Shown here: in pieces, positions 1 through 9,917 of the stretch | Position numbering within the stretch: position 1 is the first letter of the stretch | Layout of the letters: each line of letters begins with the position of its first letter | Assembly: GCA_027339965.1 (NCBI GenBank) | Contig: DAHWNL010000075.1 | Location: forward strand, 1 to 30,683 | From: Granulicella sp. | GTDB taxonomy: Bacteria; Acidobacteriota; Terriglobia; Terriglobales; Acidobacteriaceae | Direction of reading: 5' to 3' | DNA length: 30,683 nucleotides | Notes under the pieces: generated by a model | What the model saw: only the letters and a program-made list of their open reading frames with translations | Databases searched by the model: none | Told to the model about the DNA's origin: nothing | Translations under genes and position numbers: made by a program

Positions 1-140
1 GAACGAAGATGGCGCTGACGCGCACCGCCATCGGCGCTCTGCGCAGCATCCAAAAACAGCCTGATCGAGTCGAAAACTACTTCGGCCAGAAAGATGTCGC
101 CTATGCCGCATAATCGCATTCCTTCCATGCCAGATCAATA
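1..140 (+). mobile_element. Right end of an IS630-family insertion sequence (truncated by window edge)
   Basis: Transposase-like C-terminus followed 25 nt later by ...CATGCCAGATCAA-TA (TA at 139-140), consistent with the TA target of IS630 elements. The left end is outside the window. Confidence 0.7.
3..113 (+). CDS. IS630-family transposase, C-terminal fragment
   Basis: Frame 3 reads TKMALTRTAIGALRSIQKQPDRVENYFGQKDVAYAA*, matching the LRSxQKQPxRVxxYF...VxYAA tail typical of IS630 transposases. Not in the ORF track. Confidence 0.75.
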   Translation, partial: TKMALTRTAIGALRSIQKQPDRVENYFGQKDVAYAA

Positions 141-404
141 AGGTCAACAAGCGCGCTGGGACGCTGCTACCGAGACTTCTTTAGGGATCGAAAACATCCT
201 CGAACATAAAAACGTTCGTACACTCGCCCACGCACAGCCGCCCGCTTCCTTTTGGCCGCCAGCGTCGCCTCGCGCTCGCCTTGCACCTTGACGCGGTCCT
301 CAGATGCATGACGTCAGGGGTTGGTTTTTCTGCAGCGCAGCCTGATAATCCCATCGCCGAAGGCGGTTGAAAACCCATCGTCCGGCGTCCGGCCTCGATC
401 TCCG

Positions 405-1613
405 CTACATCGTCCGCAAAGGATGAAGGCTCAGATCGATTGGGACGCTCTCAACGATCTCAATATCGAAACCCTGCAAGGCAGGGACGTGCTTGGGATG
501 GTTGGTCAGCAGGCGAATTTTGTGAATGCCCAGATCGGAGATGATCTGGCCCCCAAGGCCAACATGGCGAAGGACCCTCTCGTTTGAGTTCTCTGCCCCA
601 TCATCGGTGGTGGAGCGCTTGTTCCGGTGGATGCCCAGCCGCGCAGGATTGGCCGCGGCATCCGTCAAAAAGCCGCGCTGGGTATGGTGCAGATAAATGA
701 GAGCTCCACAGCCAGCCTTGGCGATCTCCCGGAGACTAGCGTCCACTGTCGCCCGGCAGTCGCACAACGACGACCCGAATACGTTGCCCGCAAGGCAATG
801 GGCATGGACGCGGACCAGTACCGGAAGGCCGGAAAGGGCAGCCTGCGTCACGTCGCCAAAGGTGAGAGCCAGATGGGCTTCATCTCCACAGCCAAGCTGG
901 GCGGCTTGAATGTCGCTCTCATAGGAGATCATTCGGAATTCGCCGTACTCCGTGGGAAGCACGCCTTCCGCCACACGATGGACATAACGTTCGTTGGACA
1001 TCCGGTAGCGGATGAGATCGGCGACCGTGACCATCTTGAGATGATGAATCTTGCAGAATTCGATCAGATCCGGCACCCGAGCCATGGTGCCGTCCTCGTT
1101 CATGATCTCGCAGATCACACCGGCTGGCACCAACCCGGCTATGCGCGCTAGATCCACGGATGCCTCCGTCTGACCGGCACGTACCAGAACGCCACCCTTG
1201 CGAGCGCGCAACGGAAAAACATGGCCGGGGCGAGCCAAATCGTCCGGGGAGGAGTTCGGGCTGATCGCGACCTGGATCGTACGCGCACGATCCGCCGCCG
1301 AAATCCCCGTCGTTACACCCTCGCGCGCCTCGATGCTCTCGGTAAACGCCGTGCCAAAGCGCGAGGTATTATCTTTGGTCATCGGGCCAAGGCGCAGATA
1401 GTCTGCGCGCTCTTCGGTCAAGGTAAGGCATATCAGACCTCTTCCGAAACGGGCCATGAAGTTGATGACTTCGGGGGTACAAAACTCCGCCGCCACGGTG
1501 AGGTCACCTTCGTTTTCACGGTCCTCATCGTCAATCAAGATAATGATTCGTCCAGCCCTGAGCTCGTCAAGAGCTTCGGGGATTGTAACGAATCCAGCGG
1601 CTCGGTCAGACAT
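405..1613 (-). CDS. ribB: 3,4-dihydroxy-2-butanone-4-phosphate synthase fused to a degenerate GTP cyclohydrolase II domain (RibBA/RibBX-like)
   Basis: [29 protein letters not shown] and [15 protein letters not shown] are RibB motifs. C-terminal VRVHxxC..CDC and KIRLLTN are RibA-like. Start placed at ATG 1613. Confidence 0.93.
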   Translation of the reverse strand: MSDRAAGFVTIPEALDELRAGRIIILIDDEDRENEGDLTVAAEFCTPEVINFMARFGRGLICLTLTEERADYLRLGPMTKDNTSRFGTAFTESIEAREGVTTGISAADRARTIQVAISPNSSPDDLARPGHVFPLRARKGGVLVRAGQTEASVDLARIAGLVPAGVICEIMNEDGTMARVPDLIEFCKIHHLKMVTVADLIRYRMSNERYVHRVAEGVLPTEYGEFRMISYESDIQAAQLGCGDEAHLALTFGDVTQAALSGLPVLVRVHAHCLAGNVFGSSLCDCRATVDASLREIAKAGCGALIYLHHTQRGFLTDAAANPARLGIHRNKRSTTDDGAENSNERVLRHVGLGGQIISDLGIHKIRLLTNHPKHVPALQGFDIEIVESVPIDLSLHPLRTM

Positions 1614-1682
1614 AAGAGGTGGATGTCTTTCGACTCTGTACCCCAAACCAGTGTTGTGGATCCTGAAGAGGTCGAGCCAGTC

Positions 1683-1910
1683 TTAAAGAGTGGATTCAAT
1701 CTCAAAGCCCCAGGCTTCAAGCAGAGCTTCAGGGATGTACTTGGAGTTCTTGTTCCGCCGGGCCCACTCGCGAAGACGGGTGGAACGGACGTATTGGTCA
1801 GGAGTCAGCTTGTACTCCTTGACCACCTGTTCAAACGATGTGATGGTGGGCACCACCGGGCCGATCGGCTCCGGCTTACCCCAGTTGGGATTACCGCGGC
1901 GCTTCGCCAT
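1683..1910 (-). CDS. Small basic hypothetical protein (75 aa)
   Basis: [15 protein letters not shown]...[18 protein letters not shown]. Protein-like composition, fills the gap upstream of ribB, TAAAAT -10-like box at 1964-1959. Confidence 0.8.
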   Translation of the reverse strand: MAKRRGNPNWGKPEPIGPVVPTITSFEQVVKEYKLTPDQYVRSTRLREWARRNKNSKYIPEALLEAWGFEIESTL

Positions 1911-2141
1911 GTATCTGGAGTCCTCAGTGTTCATGCGGCGGGATTCCGCCAAGCTTCTATTTTACATCACTCTGCCCCGACGAATCGCGCGGAAAGCCAA
2001 GGCGGATCCGCACGGATTGGCGGATCAAAAGGGAGACTTCACCAGGCATCCGGCAGGATTCGCACGGGCGTCTTCGATGCTCTCGACGAGGGGAGCTTTC
2101 CCGTGCGCTCCTTCCGCTTGTCCGTCACTCGCGCGCGCAGC

Positions 2142-4157
2142 TCACGAGCTTGAGTGTCTGGATGGATCGCCGAAGATCTTCCGGTCCTTTTGCAGCGCAG
2201 GCGAAAGCGGGGTGCCAGCCGGGGTTCGATAGACGGGATGATCGTCCAAACCGAACACCGCCTCCGCTTCCCCATTCCAATCCATCACCACGACGGTGTT
2301 TGCGCCCGGGTGCAGCCATGCTCCTGGAAGATACAGGCTCCCCATGGGGCCAATGTCCCAGAATCTGCCCAGCAGACGGCCGTTGACCCACACGACGCCC
2401 TTGCCCAGCGATCCGGTCGTAAGAAAGGAATCTCCGACAGCGCTGAGCCTGAGGGTTCCCTGATAGAAGCATGGGCCCCGCTTGCAGCCGCGCTCAAGAT
2501 AGCCACTCGCGGGCGGCTCATCCAGCGGCAACGGCACCATCTTCCACTTCCGCAGCGGTCTGCCATTCAGACGAACCTCACCCAGAACTCCCGCTCTTTC
2601 TCCACGGATCCTGGCGGTAAAGTTGATCCGTCCGGAGTTTTCCACCAGCAGATCCAATCGTTGGCCTGCATGCACGGAGAGGCGAAGTTCCTTCTGCCCC
2701 AACCTACGGTCAATCACTCCCTGCAGATTGCCGTTCACATAGACGCGTGCATAGCTATGCAGCCGGTCAAGCTGCAAGACGTCTGCGGGCTGTATTCCCT
2801 TTCCACCATCGGTCGCCGGCCTTCCCGGACCGATCGTCGTCCTGTACAAGATGTCCCCGTAGCTCTGCCCCAGCTCCTCCATGGACTGAGGTTCGTCATT
2901 GCTGACAGCGCTGGGAAGCACCGCCCAAATCGACTGCGAGCGAGTCAGGGTAAGATGGATGCCCTTGAGCATCGGTGCGGAAGAGGGTACCGGCGGCAAC
3001 TTGCGATGTGTGCTCGCTGCAATCATGGAGCGCAGGGCGAAGTACTTGGCCCGTGGCCTGCCGGCCTCATCGATGGGTGCATCGTAATCGTAGCTGGAGA
3101 CATCCGGCTCATATCTTCCTTTGCCCCAGTTTGCCCCGTTCATCCAGCCGAAGCTCGTCCCTCCATCCACCATATACAGACTGATGGAATAGCCCTTTTC
3201 GATCGCCTCGCGAACCTCGCGTACCTCCACGGCGGCGCTCGCAGTGTGGTGCTTCTCTCCCCAGTGATCGAACCACCCATCCCAGTACTCGGCGATGTAG
3301 ACCGGGGCATCCGGCTGAAAGTTCTGCAGCAGAGGGATCTGATGCTGCTCTTGGCCCGTGCCAAAGTCGATTCCTGCCAGCAGGCCCGGAATCGAGCCAC
3401 CCGCAAGCTCTTGGCCGCCATCGGCGGTATAGAGCAGCGACTGCCCAAATCCCGCATCGCGGACGATCTTCAGCATCTGATCCAGATACGCCGGGCCATT
3501 CTGCTGGACATCGAACGAGCCGTACTCATTCTCCACCTGTACGGCAAGAATCGGACCTCCACGGCTGGCCTGGAGCGGAGCCAGTTCCTGACCCAGACGG
3601 TTCATCCAGCGCCGCACTGCGGCGAGATACGCCGGCTGCGGGCTGCGTAACAGAACTGCCGGCTCTGTCGAGCCCGGAGTCAGACTCTGCTTCAGCAACC
3701 ACGCAGGATAACCGCCCAGATCCCATTCCGCGCAAACATAGGGGCCCGGTCTCAGCACCACATAAAGCCCCTGCTGCTGCGCCTCGCGAAGAAATTCCGC
3801 AACATCCTTCCGGCCGCTGAAATCAAAGACGCCCGGACGGGTCTCGTGCAGGTTCCAGAAGACATAGACGGTGATAGTGTTCAAACCCATCGCTCGGATC
3901 TTGCGCAACCGGTCACGCCAGTCCGCGCGCGGAATCCGAGCATATTCGATCTCGCCAGAGAGGATCTGGAAAGGCTTCCCCCGCAAGAGGAACTCTTTGC
4001 CGTGAATCTGCAATGGAGCCGAGGCAGGCTCCAAACTGGCCCCCGCGCCGATCTGCGCCTGGCACACCATGGAGCAGATGCAGATCAGCGCCACGCTAGC
4101 AGTGCGGATGATTCTCCCCCGGCTGCGCCCGACTTCAGCACCCCACAAACTGCTCAT
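2142..4157 (-). CDS. Secreted GH35 beta-galactosidase
   Basis: LRPGPYVCAEW, QVENEYG, AEYWDGWFDHWG and SYDYDAP motifs; hydrophobic signal segment. GGAGGG RBS before ATG 4157 (4172 is an alternative). Confidence 0.92.
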   Translation of the reverse strand: MSSLWGAEVGRSRGRIIRTASVALICICSMVCQAQIGAGASLEPASAPLQIHGKEFLLRGKPFQILSGEIEYARIPRADWRDRLRKIRAMGLNTITVYVFWNLHETRPGVFDFSGRKDVAEFLREAQQQGLYVVLRPGPYVCAEWDLGGYPAWLLKQSLTPGSTEPAVLLRSPQPAYLAAVRRWMNRLGQELAPLQASRGGPILAVQVENEYGSFDVQQNGPAYLDQMLKIVRDAGFGQSLLYTADGGQELAGGSIPGLLAGIDFGTGQEQHQIPLLQNFQPDAPVYIAEYWDGWFDHWGEKHHTASAAVEVREVREAIEKGYSISLYMVDGGTSFGWMNGANWGKGRYEPDVSSYDYDAPIDEAGRPRAKYFALRSMIAASTHRKLPPVPSSAPMLKGIHLTLTRSQSIWAVLPSAVSNDEPQSMEELGQSYGDILYRTTIGPGRPATDGGKGIQPADVLQLDRLHSYARVYVNGNLQGVIDRRLGQKELRLSVHAGQRLDLLVENSGRINFTARIRGERAGVLGEVRLNGRPLRKWKMVPLPLDEPPASGYLERGCKRGPCFYQGTLRLSAVGDSFLTTGSLGKGVVWVNGRLLGRFWDIGPMGSLYLPGAWLHPGANTVVVMDWNGEAEAVFGLDDHPVYRTPAGTPLSPALQKDRKIFGDPSRHSSS

Positions 4158-4311
4158 CTCATCCCTCCGCATGCCGCGTGAGAGCGTCCAGGAATCGGCC
4201 GAATACAGAGCCTTCGTCAACCGAAGCCGCTGACCACAGCGCAGATTGTCATTGTAGCTTCGCAAAGTGCTACGGTTGGCCGGATGCTGCCGATCAACCG
4301 TAGCAAAGCTG

Positions 4312-5355
4312 TCAGCGTTGAGCGGGTATTGCAGCCCAGATAGCGGGGTCTTCATCCCCCAGATCCCAGGCGCAGACTCCTTGGATTCCGTACTGTTTGG
4401 CAAGATTGAATCGATCCATGAAGGCGCGCTGATCGGTGTAGAAGACCCACTCCCGCATCTGATCGCGGTCGATGTAGAACCAGGGTGTATGTTCCACCGC
4501 ATCCCATTGGGTCTTGCCGCCCCAGGTGTCGCGCAAGTGGATGGCCGCCGGCTCGGAGATGTAATCTGCCGTCGGGTTGGGGGTGTGGTCTTTGCCGTTG
4601 AATCCGGGATCGCCGGTATACCAGTGATACCCGTAGAGGGCTATGCCCAAAGACAGCTTGTGGCGAGGAACGAACTGAAGCGCATAATCGATGTTTTGCT
4701 TGGTCCATGTCCATCCATCCACCGGGCCGGGAACGGTCCAGTGGGTGCTTTGGTCATAGGTCATTAGGCAGATGAGATCGACGGATTGGGCCAAAGCCTT
4801 GAGATCATAGGCACCGCGCCACTCCTGGAAGATCCAGGTGCTAAACCCGGAAGCTCCTGGGTATCCGGGCGCGTTGGGAACTACATCGATCTGTACCTGG
4901 AGATGCTGCTGGTGAAGTGCGTCTGCGATCTTCTTCACCATCGCGGAGAGGCCATCTCGATCCGTCCACATGACGTCCTCAATATCTAGATTCACACCGT
5001 TGTAGCCATGGTTCCGGCACTCTCGAAGCATGGACTGAATGAGCGCGTCCTGGGCTTTTTCATCCCCGACCAGAATGTGAAGTTGTTGGTGATTGAAAAG
5101 CGCGAAAAGAGGAATAATCGTTAGGTGCGCCTCCTTAGCTGCCTTGAGAATCACCGGCTGCGGTTCGCCGCTCACCAGGCCGTTCTGGTCAAAGTGGTAC
5201 CAGGTAGGCGAGATGGTGTCGATCTTGTCCCTGTGCGCGAGAAAGGACGCGACGGAAGCATCCTGATTCCCAACCCAAAACTCCGTCTTCTGCGCGCACG
5301 CTGAGATGGCGCTCAGCCAAAGAACGGCGCCGGCTACGATCTTTGTTCTCTGCAT
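4312..5355 (-). CDS. Secreted GH18 glycoside hydrolase (chitinase/YaaH-like catalytic domain)
   Basis: GYNGVNLDIE catalytic motif, LMTYDQ, GIQGVCAWDLG; signal peptide MQRTKIVAGAVLWLSAISACA; GGAGG RBS. Confidence 0.9.
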   Translation of the reverse strand: MQRTKIVAGAVLWLSAISACAQKTEFWVGNQDASVASFLAHRDKIDTISPTWYHFDQNGLVSGEPQPVILKAAKEAHLTIIPLFALFNHQQLHILVGDEKAQDALIQSMLRECRNHGYNGVNLDIEDVMWTDRDGLSAMVKKIADALHQQHLQVQIDVVPNAPGYPGASGFSTWIFQEWRGAYDLKALAQSVDLICLMTYDQSTHWTVPGPVDGWTWTKQNIDYALQFVPRHKLSLGIALYGYHWYTGDPGFNGKDHTPNPTADYISEPAAIHLRDTWGGKTQWDAVEHTPWFYIDRDQMREWVFYTDQRAFMDRFNLAKQYGIQGVCAWDLGDEDPAIWAAIPAQR

Positions 5356-5515
5356 CTTTATCGCAATCCTTTCCTCCAGTGAAATGGTTGAACAAAGCTG
5401 AGCGCGCATCGTGGCTTGCGCCTCCGCAGGCTTGGGGCAGAGAGGACGGATCCGAGAAACGAACCAACCCGCTGAGGAAGTCCCCTCCTGGGACCCCATT
5501 TGGCTTCCAGCTTCG

Positions 5516-6652
5516 CTACTCTGCCTGCCGCCCATGGATAATGCTCCCGATATGGCGGCCGCTCGCATCAAAGCGGTTGAAGTTCGCCGGAGCCCCGGGC
5601 GCAATCTGAGTCAGGTGGGTCATTCCCATCAGCCGAGCTGGGTTACGCGAAGCCAACCGCACCGCGGATCCAAGTGAGGCTCCTGTAAACCGCTGCAGGT
5701 TGGCCACTGCGCGATCCATGGTGAGAACACTGCCGGCAAGCGCTTCGCCGGACATGCAAACCCCATCCTTCACCACGACATTGAGGTCGCCCAGGGTATA
5801 GACGCCCTCTGGAACGCCGGTGGCCGAAATGCCATCGGTCACCAGGATCGCCCGTTCCTCACCCTTCATCTTTAGCCACATTCGGATGACAGCCGGGTGT
5901 ACATGGACTCCATCGCAGATCGCTTCGGCATAGATGTCATCACGGTCCAGGAGTGTGCCGATAATACCCGGTTCGCGATGGTCCAGCGCTCGCATCGCAT
6001 TGAACAGATGCGTCGAACTCCTGGCGCCTGCGGCAATTCCTGCCAGCGTCTGCGCCTCCGTAGCCATGCTGTGCCCCATGGAGATGCGCACCCCCTGGCC
6101 GGTCGCGTGCTCGATCAACTCCAGGGCATGCGGCAGCTCGGGAGCCAGGGTGATCAGCCGAATGTGCCCTCGCGCCGCGGTCTGGAAGCGCTCAAACAAC
6201 TCGATGCTCGGCTCCTGCAGGCTCGCCTCGGGATGAACTCCACGCTTGGCATGGGAGACAAATGGTCCTTCCAGATGGATCCCCATGGGCGTGGCCACCG
6301 CTGCCCCGGAAGCATGAGCCGGCGGCCGCTCGATCGCATCCGCAAGGCGTTCCAGCGCCTTCAAGGTCAGATCCAGCGGAGCGGTCACGGTAGTGGGAAA
6401 GTAATGTCCTACTCCATGACAGGCCAGGAAGCGTCCGGCTTCTGCAATCCCTTCCTGATCGGCCACCATAAAGTCAAATGAACGAGCGCCATGGACATGA
6501 ATCTCGAAGAACGCTGCCGTCAGCGTCTCGGTCGAGCGATTCTGCGGTCCTTCTTCCACGCTGACGATCTTGCCGTCGTCAATGGACACAATCGGATACG
6601 CCAACTCACCCGTATCGGTAATCAATCTTCTTGCGGTAATCTGCTTCGTCAT
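5516..6652 (-). CDS. nagA: N-acetylglucosamine-6-phosphate deacetylase
   Basis: IHVHG, GIHLEGPF, KRGVH, TLAPE, THLFNAM, DGVHVHP, LAGSVLTMD. Confidence 0.95.
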   Translation of the reverse strand: MTKQITARRLITDTGELAYPIVSIDDGKIVSVEEGPQNRSTETLTAAFFEIHVHGARSFDFMVADQEGIAEAGRFLACHGVGHYFPTTVTAPLDLTLKALERLADAIERPPAHASGAAVATPMGIHLEGPFVSHAKRGVHPEASLQEPSIELFERFQTAARGHIRLITLAPELPHALELIEHATGQGVRISMGHSMATEAQTLAGIAAGARSSTHLFNAMRALDHREPGIIGTLLDRDDIYAEAICDGVHVHPAVIRMWLKMKGEERAILVTDGISATGVPEGVYTLGDLNVVVKDGVCMSGEALAGSVLTMDRAVANLQRFTGASLGSAVRLASRNPARLMGMTHLTQIAPGAPANFNRFDASGRHIGSIIHGRQAE

Positions 6653-6884
6653 ATTTACCGTTCTTCATCCATCCCGGCCTTCGTCCGGCTCTTTTTGGTT
6701 CCCATATCTCGCTATCTCCAAAGGGTCACCGTGGCGAAGAATCCTTGGGAGTCTCTACCTTACCGGCTTACCGAGGAGGAGGACGGACTCCAACTTTGCA
6801 GGCGCCAAGCTTTGCATGCGCCAAGCCGAGAGCAAAAGACGAAATTACACTTACACCCCAAAAATAGCTCAAAAATTTGCGCGA

Positions 6885-6937
6885 TTCAACATAAAATAAT
6901 CAATCTACCCATATTTCAACATACAATAGTCGATTTA
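6885..6937. promoter_or_regulatory. Imperfect 23-bp direct repeat, candidate operator in the nagA/GH20 divergent promoter region
   Basis: TTCAACATAAAATAATCAATCTA (6885-6907) and TTCAACATACAATAGTCGATTTA (6915-6937): 19/23 identical, 30-bp period, AT-rich, just upstream of the AGGAGG RBS. Confidence 0.55.
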
Positions 6938-6954
6938 TAGGAGGAATCACGCTT

Positions 6955-9123
6955 ATGCCGCTTCTCGCACCGGTCCGGCGCGGACACCTTGCCCAGCGTC
7001 CCAACTTTCTGCGTTCCTTACTGGCAACGCTGCTGATCTTCGCGCTCAGCCAGTCCGCACCAGCCCTGGCCCAGAGTTCCATGGCCGCAGGCCCCATGCT
7101 TTCTCCCCAACCCAAGCAGATCCGGATCCAAGGCCTGGTCCCTGTCCGTGCAGCCAATGTGGTGGTTCCCGGAGGCAATGCCGAGGACTTGTTCGCCGCC
7201 GCAGATCTCAGCCAGACGCTACGTCGGCGCGGCATTGTCATCACCCCCGCAGCCGGAACCACGGATCTGACGGTGACGCTTCTGCGCTCCGCATCGAGCC
7301 AGGCGCGACAGATCCTCTCGGAAAGCCAGCTCAGCTTTGACCCAGCCATGCGCGATGAAGGGTACATCCTGCTCTCGCGCAAGAACGCCCGCGGCGGCAC
7401 CACCGTGGACATTATTGGTGAAACCTCAGCCGGAGTGTTTTACGGAGTTCAGACCCTCAAGCAGCTCATCGACGACAGCAACGGCGTGCCCTCCATGTGG
7501 ATGGCCAGGATTCTTGACTGGCCCAGTATGAAGTACCGTGGCGAGGACGACGATCTCTCGCGCGGCCCATTTCCCACGATGGAATTCATGAAGCATCAGC
7601 TTGAAGTCTTTGCGGCCCACAAAGTGAATCTTTACTCCCCCTACTTTGAAAACAATCTTCAGTACGCTGACGACCCCCTCGCCGCGCCTCCCGGCGGAGC
7701 TCTGACACGGGATCAGGCCCGGCGACTGGTGGCCTTCGCCAGCCGTCTACACATCATGATTGTGCCTGAACAGGAGGCCTTCGGCCACGTTCACCACGTT
7801 CTGGAATATGAGAAGTACGCTGATGAAGCGGAGACGCCGCACGGCTATGTGCTGGCACCGGGACAGGCCGGATCGCTCCCCCTCATCAAGGACTGGTTTA
7901 CCCAGATCGCGGCAGATTTCCCCAGCCCTTTTCTGCACATTGGAGCCGATGAGACGTTTGAACTGGGTTTGGGCCGCACCCAACCCGCCGTCAATCAACG
8001 CGGCCTTGGCCCGGTTTATGCCGACTTCCTCGCTTCCATTCATAGCACGCTGGCCCCGCTTCACCGGCGCTTGCTCTTCTGGGGCGACATTGGCGACTCA
8101 GATCCTTCCGCGATTCCCGGCATTCCCAAGGACATGATCGCCATCCCATGGATCTACTGGCACGAAAACAGCTACGACCACGACATTCTTCCCTTCAAGA
8201 ATCAGGGTTTGGAGACCTGGGTGGCTCCAGGCGACGCCAACTGGAACTTGGTCTTTCCCAACGAAAGCACCGCCATGGATAACATCTCCGGCTTTGTCGC
8301 GGCCGGTCAGCGTCTGGGTAGCACTGGCGTCCTGACCACGGTATGGAATGACGACGGCGAGGGCCTCTTCAATGAAGACTGGTTTGGCGTGCTGTTTGGA
8401 GCCGCTGCTGGATGGCAGCCGGGCAAAGCGGACGCTGCCGCCTACCAGGCATCCTTCGGCCCCGTCTTCTTTGGAGATTCGTCAGGACGCATCAACCAAG
8501 CCATGGCTGAGATCATCGCCGCCGAGAATCTGATCGACATCAGCGATCGCGTCTTTTGGCTGGATCCCTGGAGCCCGGCCGGCATTCAGGAAGGCGACAA
8601 ATTGCGCGCCAACATTCCCGCCGCACGCCTGCATGCGGAAGCTGCCGTCAATCTGATCGAAACAGCCCTGGCCAGCCAGCCCTCGCTGCGAGAAAAGAAC
8701 GCGCTTCTGGCCATGGAACTGGGCGCCCGCCGCATCGACTTCATCGGCCTCAAGTTTCAGTTGTCCGATGAGATTCGCAACGGCTACGCTCAAGCCTACG
8801 CCCTGCAAAAGGATCCCTCCAAGAGAAGGATTGTCGGTAATGCCCTGGATGAAATCAGCAGCAATAACGGCAAATGTCAGGATCTGCGCGATGGCTACTC
8901 TCTGCTCAAAACGCTCTATCGCCAAACCTGGTTGACGGAAAACCGCCCCTACTGGCTAGACAACGTCATGGTGCGCTACGACCTGCGGATTCAGCTTTGG
9001 CAGCAACGCGGAGAGCAGATCAGCGCCGCCATGGACGAAGCCTATCAAACCCACCACCTGCCGGCGGCATCGACCCTAGGCATTCCAGGGCCGGTTTCTT
9101 CCTCGACCGAGACGCAAAAATAG
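6955..9123 (+). CDS. Secreted GH20 beta-N-acetylhexosaminidase
   Basis: EGYIL...GVFYGVQTLKQL (GH20b domain), DLSRG, catalytic HIGADE; signal peptide; AGGAGG RBS. Confidence 0.92.
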   Translation: MPLLAPVRRGHLAQRPNFLRSLLATLLIFALSQSAPALAQSSMAAGPMLSPQPKQIRIQGLVPVRAANVVVPGGNAEDLFAAADLSQTLRRRGIVITPAAGTTDLTVTLLRSASSQARQILSESQLSFDPAMRDEGYILLSRKNARGGTTVDIIGETSAGVFYGVQTLKQLIDDSNGVPSMWMARILDWPSMKYRGEDDDLSRGPFPTMEFMKHQLEVFAAHKVNLYSPYFENNLQYADDPLAAPPGGALTRDQARRLVAFASRLHIMIVPEQEAFGHVHHVLEYEKYADEAETPHGYVLAPGQAGSLPLIKDWFTQIAADFPSPFLHIGADETFELGLGRTQPAVNQRGLGPVYADFLASIHSTLAPLHRRLLFWGDIGDSDPSAIPGIPKDMIAIPWIYWHENSYDHDILPFKNQGLETWVAPGDANWNLVFPNESTAMDNISGFVAAGQRLGSTGVLTTVWNDDGEGLFNEDWFGVLFGAAAGWQPGKADAAAYQASFGPVFFGDSSGRINQAMAEIIAAENLIDISDRVFWLDPWSPAGIQEGDKLRANIPAARLHAEAAVNLIETALASQPSLREKNALLAMELGARRIDFIGLKFQLSDEIRNGYAQAYALQKDPSKRRIVGNALDEISSNNGKCQDLRDGYSLLKTLYRQTWLTENRPYWLDNVMVRYDLRIQLWQQRGEQISAAMDEAYQTHHLPAASTLGIPGPVSSSTETQK

Positions 9124-9131
9124 CCTGAAGT

Positions 9132-9917
9132 TCAGGCTAGAACCACTTCAATTCCCCGTGCCGTCAACTCATCCTGCATCTGGCGAGGCAGCTTGGAATC
9201 CGAGACCAGCATGTGGACGGAGGAGATGGGGCAGATCAGTGCAGGGCTGACCTCTCCCATCTTCTCTGAATCCGCCACGACAATCACTTTTTTTGCGTTG
9301 CGTATCATCGCCTGGGAGACCGCCGCCTCTTCGGCCTCCAACGTCGTCACCCCGCGCTCCAGATCAAAGCCGGTGATGCCAATAAAGGCCTTGTCCAGAT
9401 AGATCTCGCGCAGGAAGTTGAGCGCCGGCTGCCCGGCCAGGGCAAAGGTCCACGCCCAGGCTAGCGTCCCACCCGTCAGCATGGTTTTGATCGCCGGTTG
9501 ATTGCACAGTTCCATCCCGATATTCACCGCATTGGTAATCACTGAGATGCCGCGGCGGTGCCGCAGCGAGCGGCCAATCTGCGTTGTGGTGGTGCCGGCC
9601 GTCAGGCCGATCGTCTCGTGTTCTCCAATCAGCTCGCTGGCCGCCACTCCAATCCGCCGCTTGGCTTCCACGGAGCGCAACTCCCGGGCCTGAAATGAGG
9701 TATCGTGCCGAAACGGCTCATACAGCAGCGGCTCCACCAGGGTGGCTCCGCCATGCGTGCGCAGGACAAGACCGCGTCTTTCCAGCTTCGCCAGGTCTCT
9801 GCGAATGCTCGGCGCAGAGGCCCCAAGCTGGTCCACAAGCTCCTGTACAGAGATATCCCCTGCCCTCAAAAGAGCCTTCATGATGCGATCGCTACGAACA
9901 TCCGTCTTTGTAGACAT
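9132..9917 (-). CDS. DeoR/GlpR-family transcriptional regulator
   Basis: HTH SAPSIRRDLAKLERRGLVLRTHGGA; sensor domain AGTTT, VITNA, DKAFIG, VVADSEK. Confidence 0.95.
   Translation of the reverse strand: MSTKTDVRSDRIMKALLRAGDISVQELVDQLGASAPSIRRDLAKLERRGLVLRTHGGATLVEPLLYEPFRHDTSFQARELRSVEAKRRIGVAASELIGEHETIGLTAGTTTTQIGRSLRHRRGISVITNAVNIGMELCNQPAIKTMLTGGTLAWAWTFALAGQPALNFLREIYLDKAFIGITGFDLERGVTTLEAEEAAVSQAMIRNAKKVIVVADSEKMGEVSPALICPISSVHMLVSDSKLPRQMQDELTARGIEVVLA

Noticed and set aside
188..219. CGAAC-N8-GTTCG palindrome as a LexA box
   Set aside because: The spacing fits neither GAAC-N4-GTTC nor GTTC-N7-GTTC, and no SOS gene is adjacent.
2154..3650. 498-aa plus-strand ORF and other long antisense ORFs (12014-13363, 14709-15965, 21645-22856, 24104-25480, 25816-26943, 28286-29536)
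   Set aside because: They overlap motif-supported genes in another frame or strand, have no recognisable domains, and are expected shadows in GC-rich DNA.
2142..4157. GH35 as an archaeal-type exo-beta-glucosaminidase (GlmA)
   Set aside because: The motifs match ordinary GH35 beta-galactosidases and nothing specific supports GlmA.
4158..4502. N-terminal extensions in the ORF track for GH35 (also GH18, mrr, comM, EmrB)
   Set aside because: They overlap neighbouring genes or precede the conserved N-terminus; downstream ATGs fit better.
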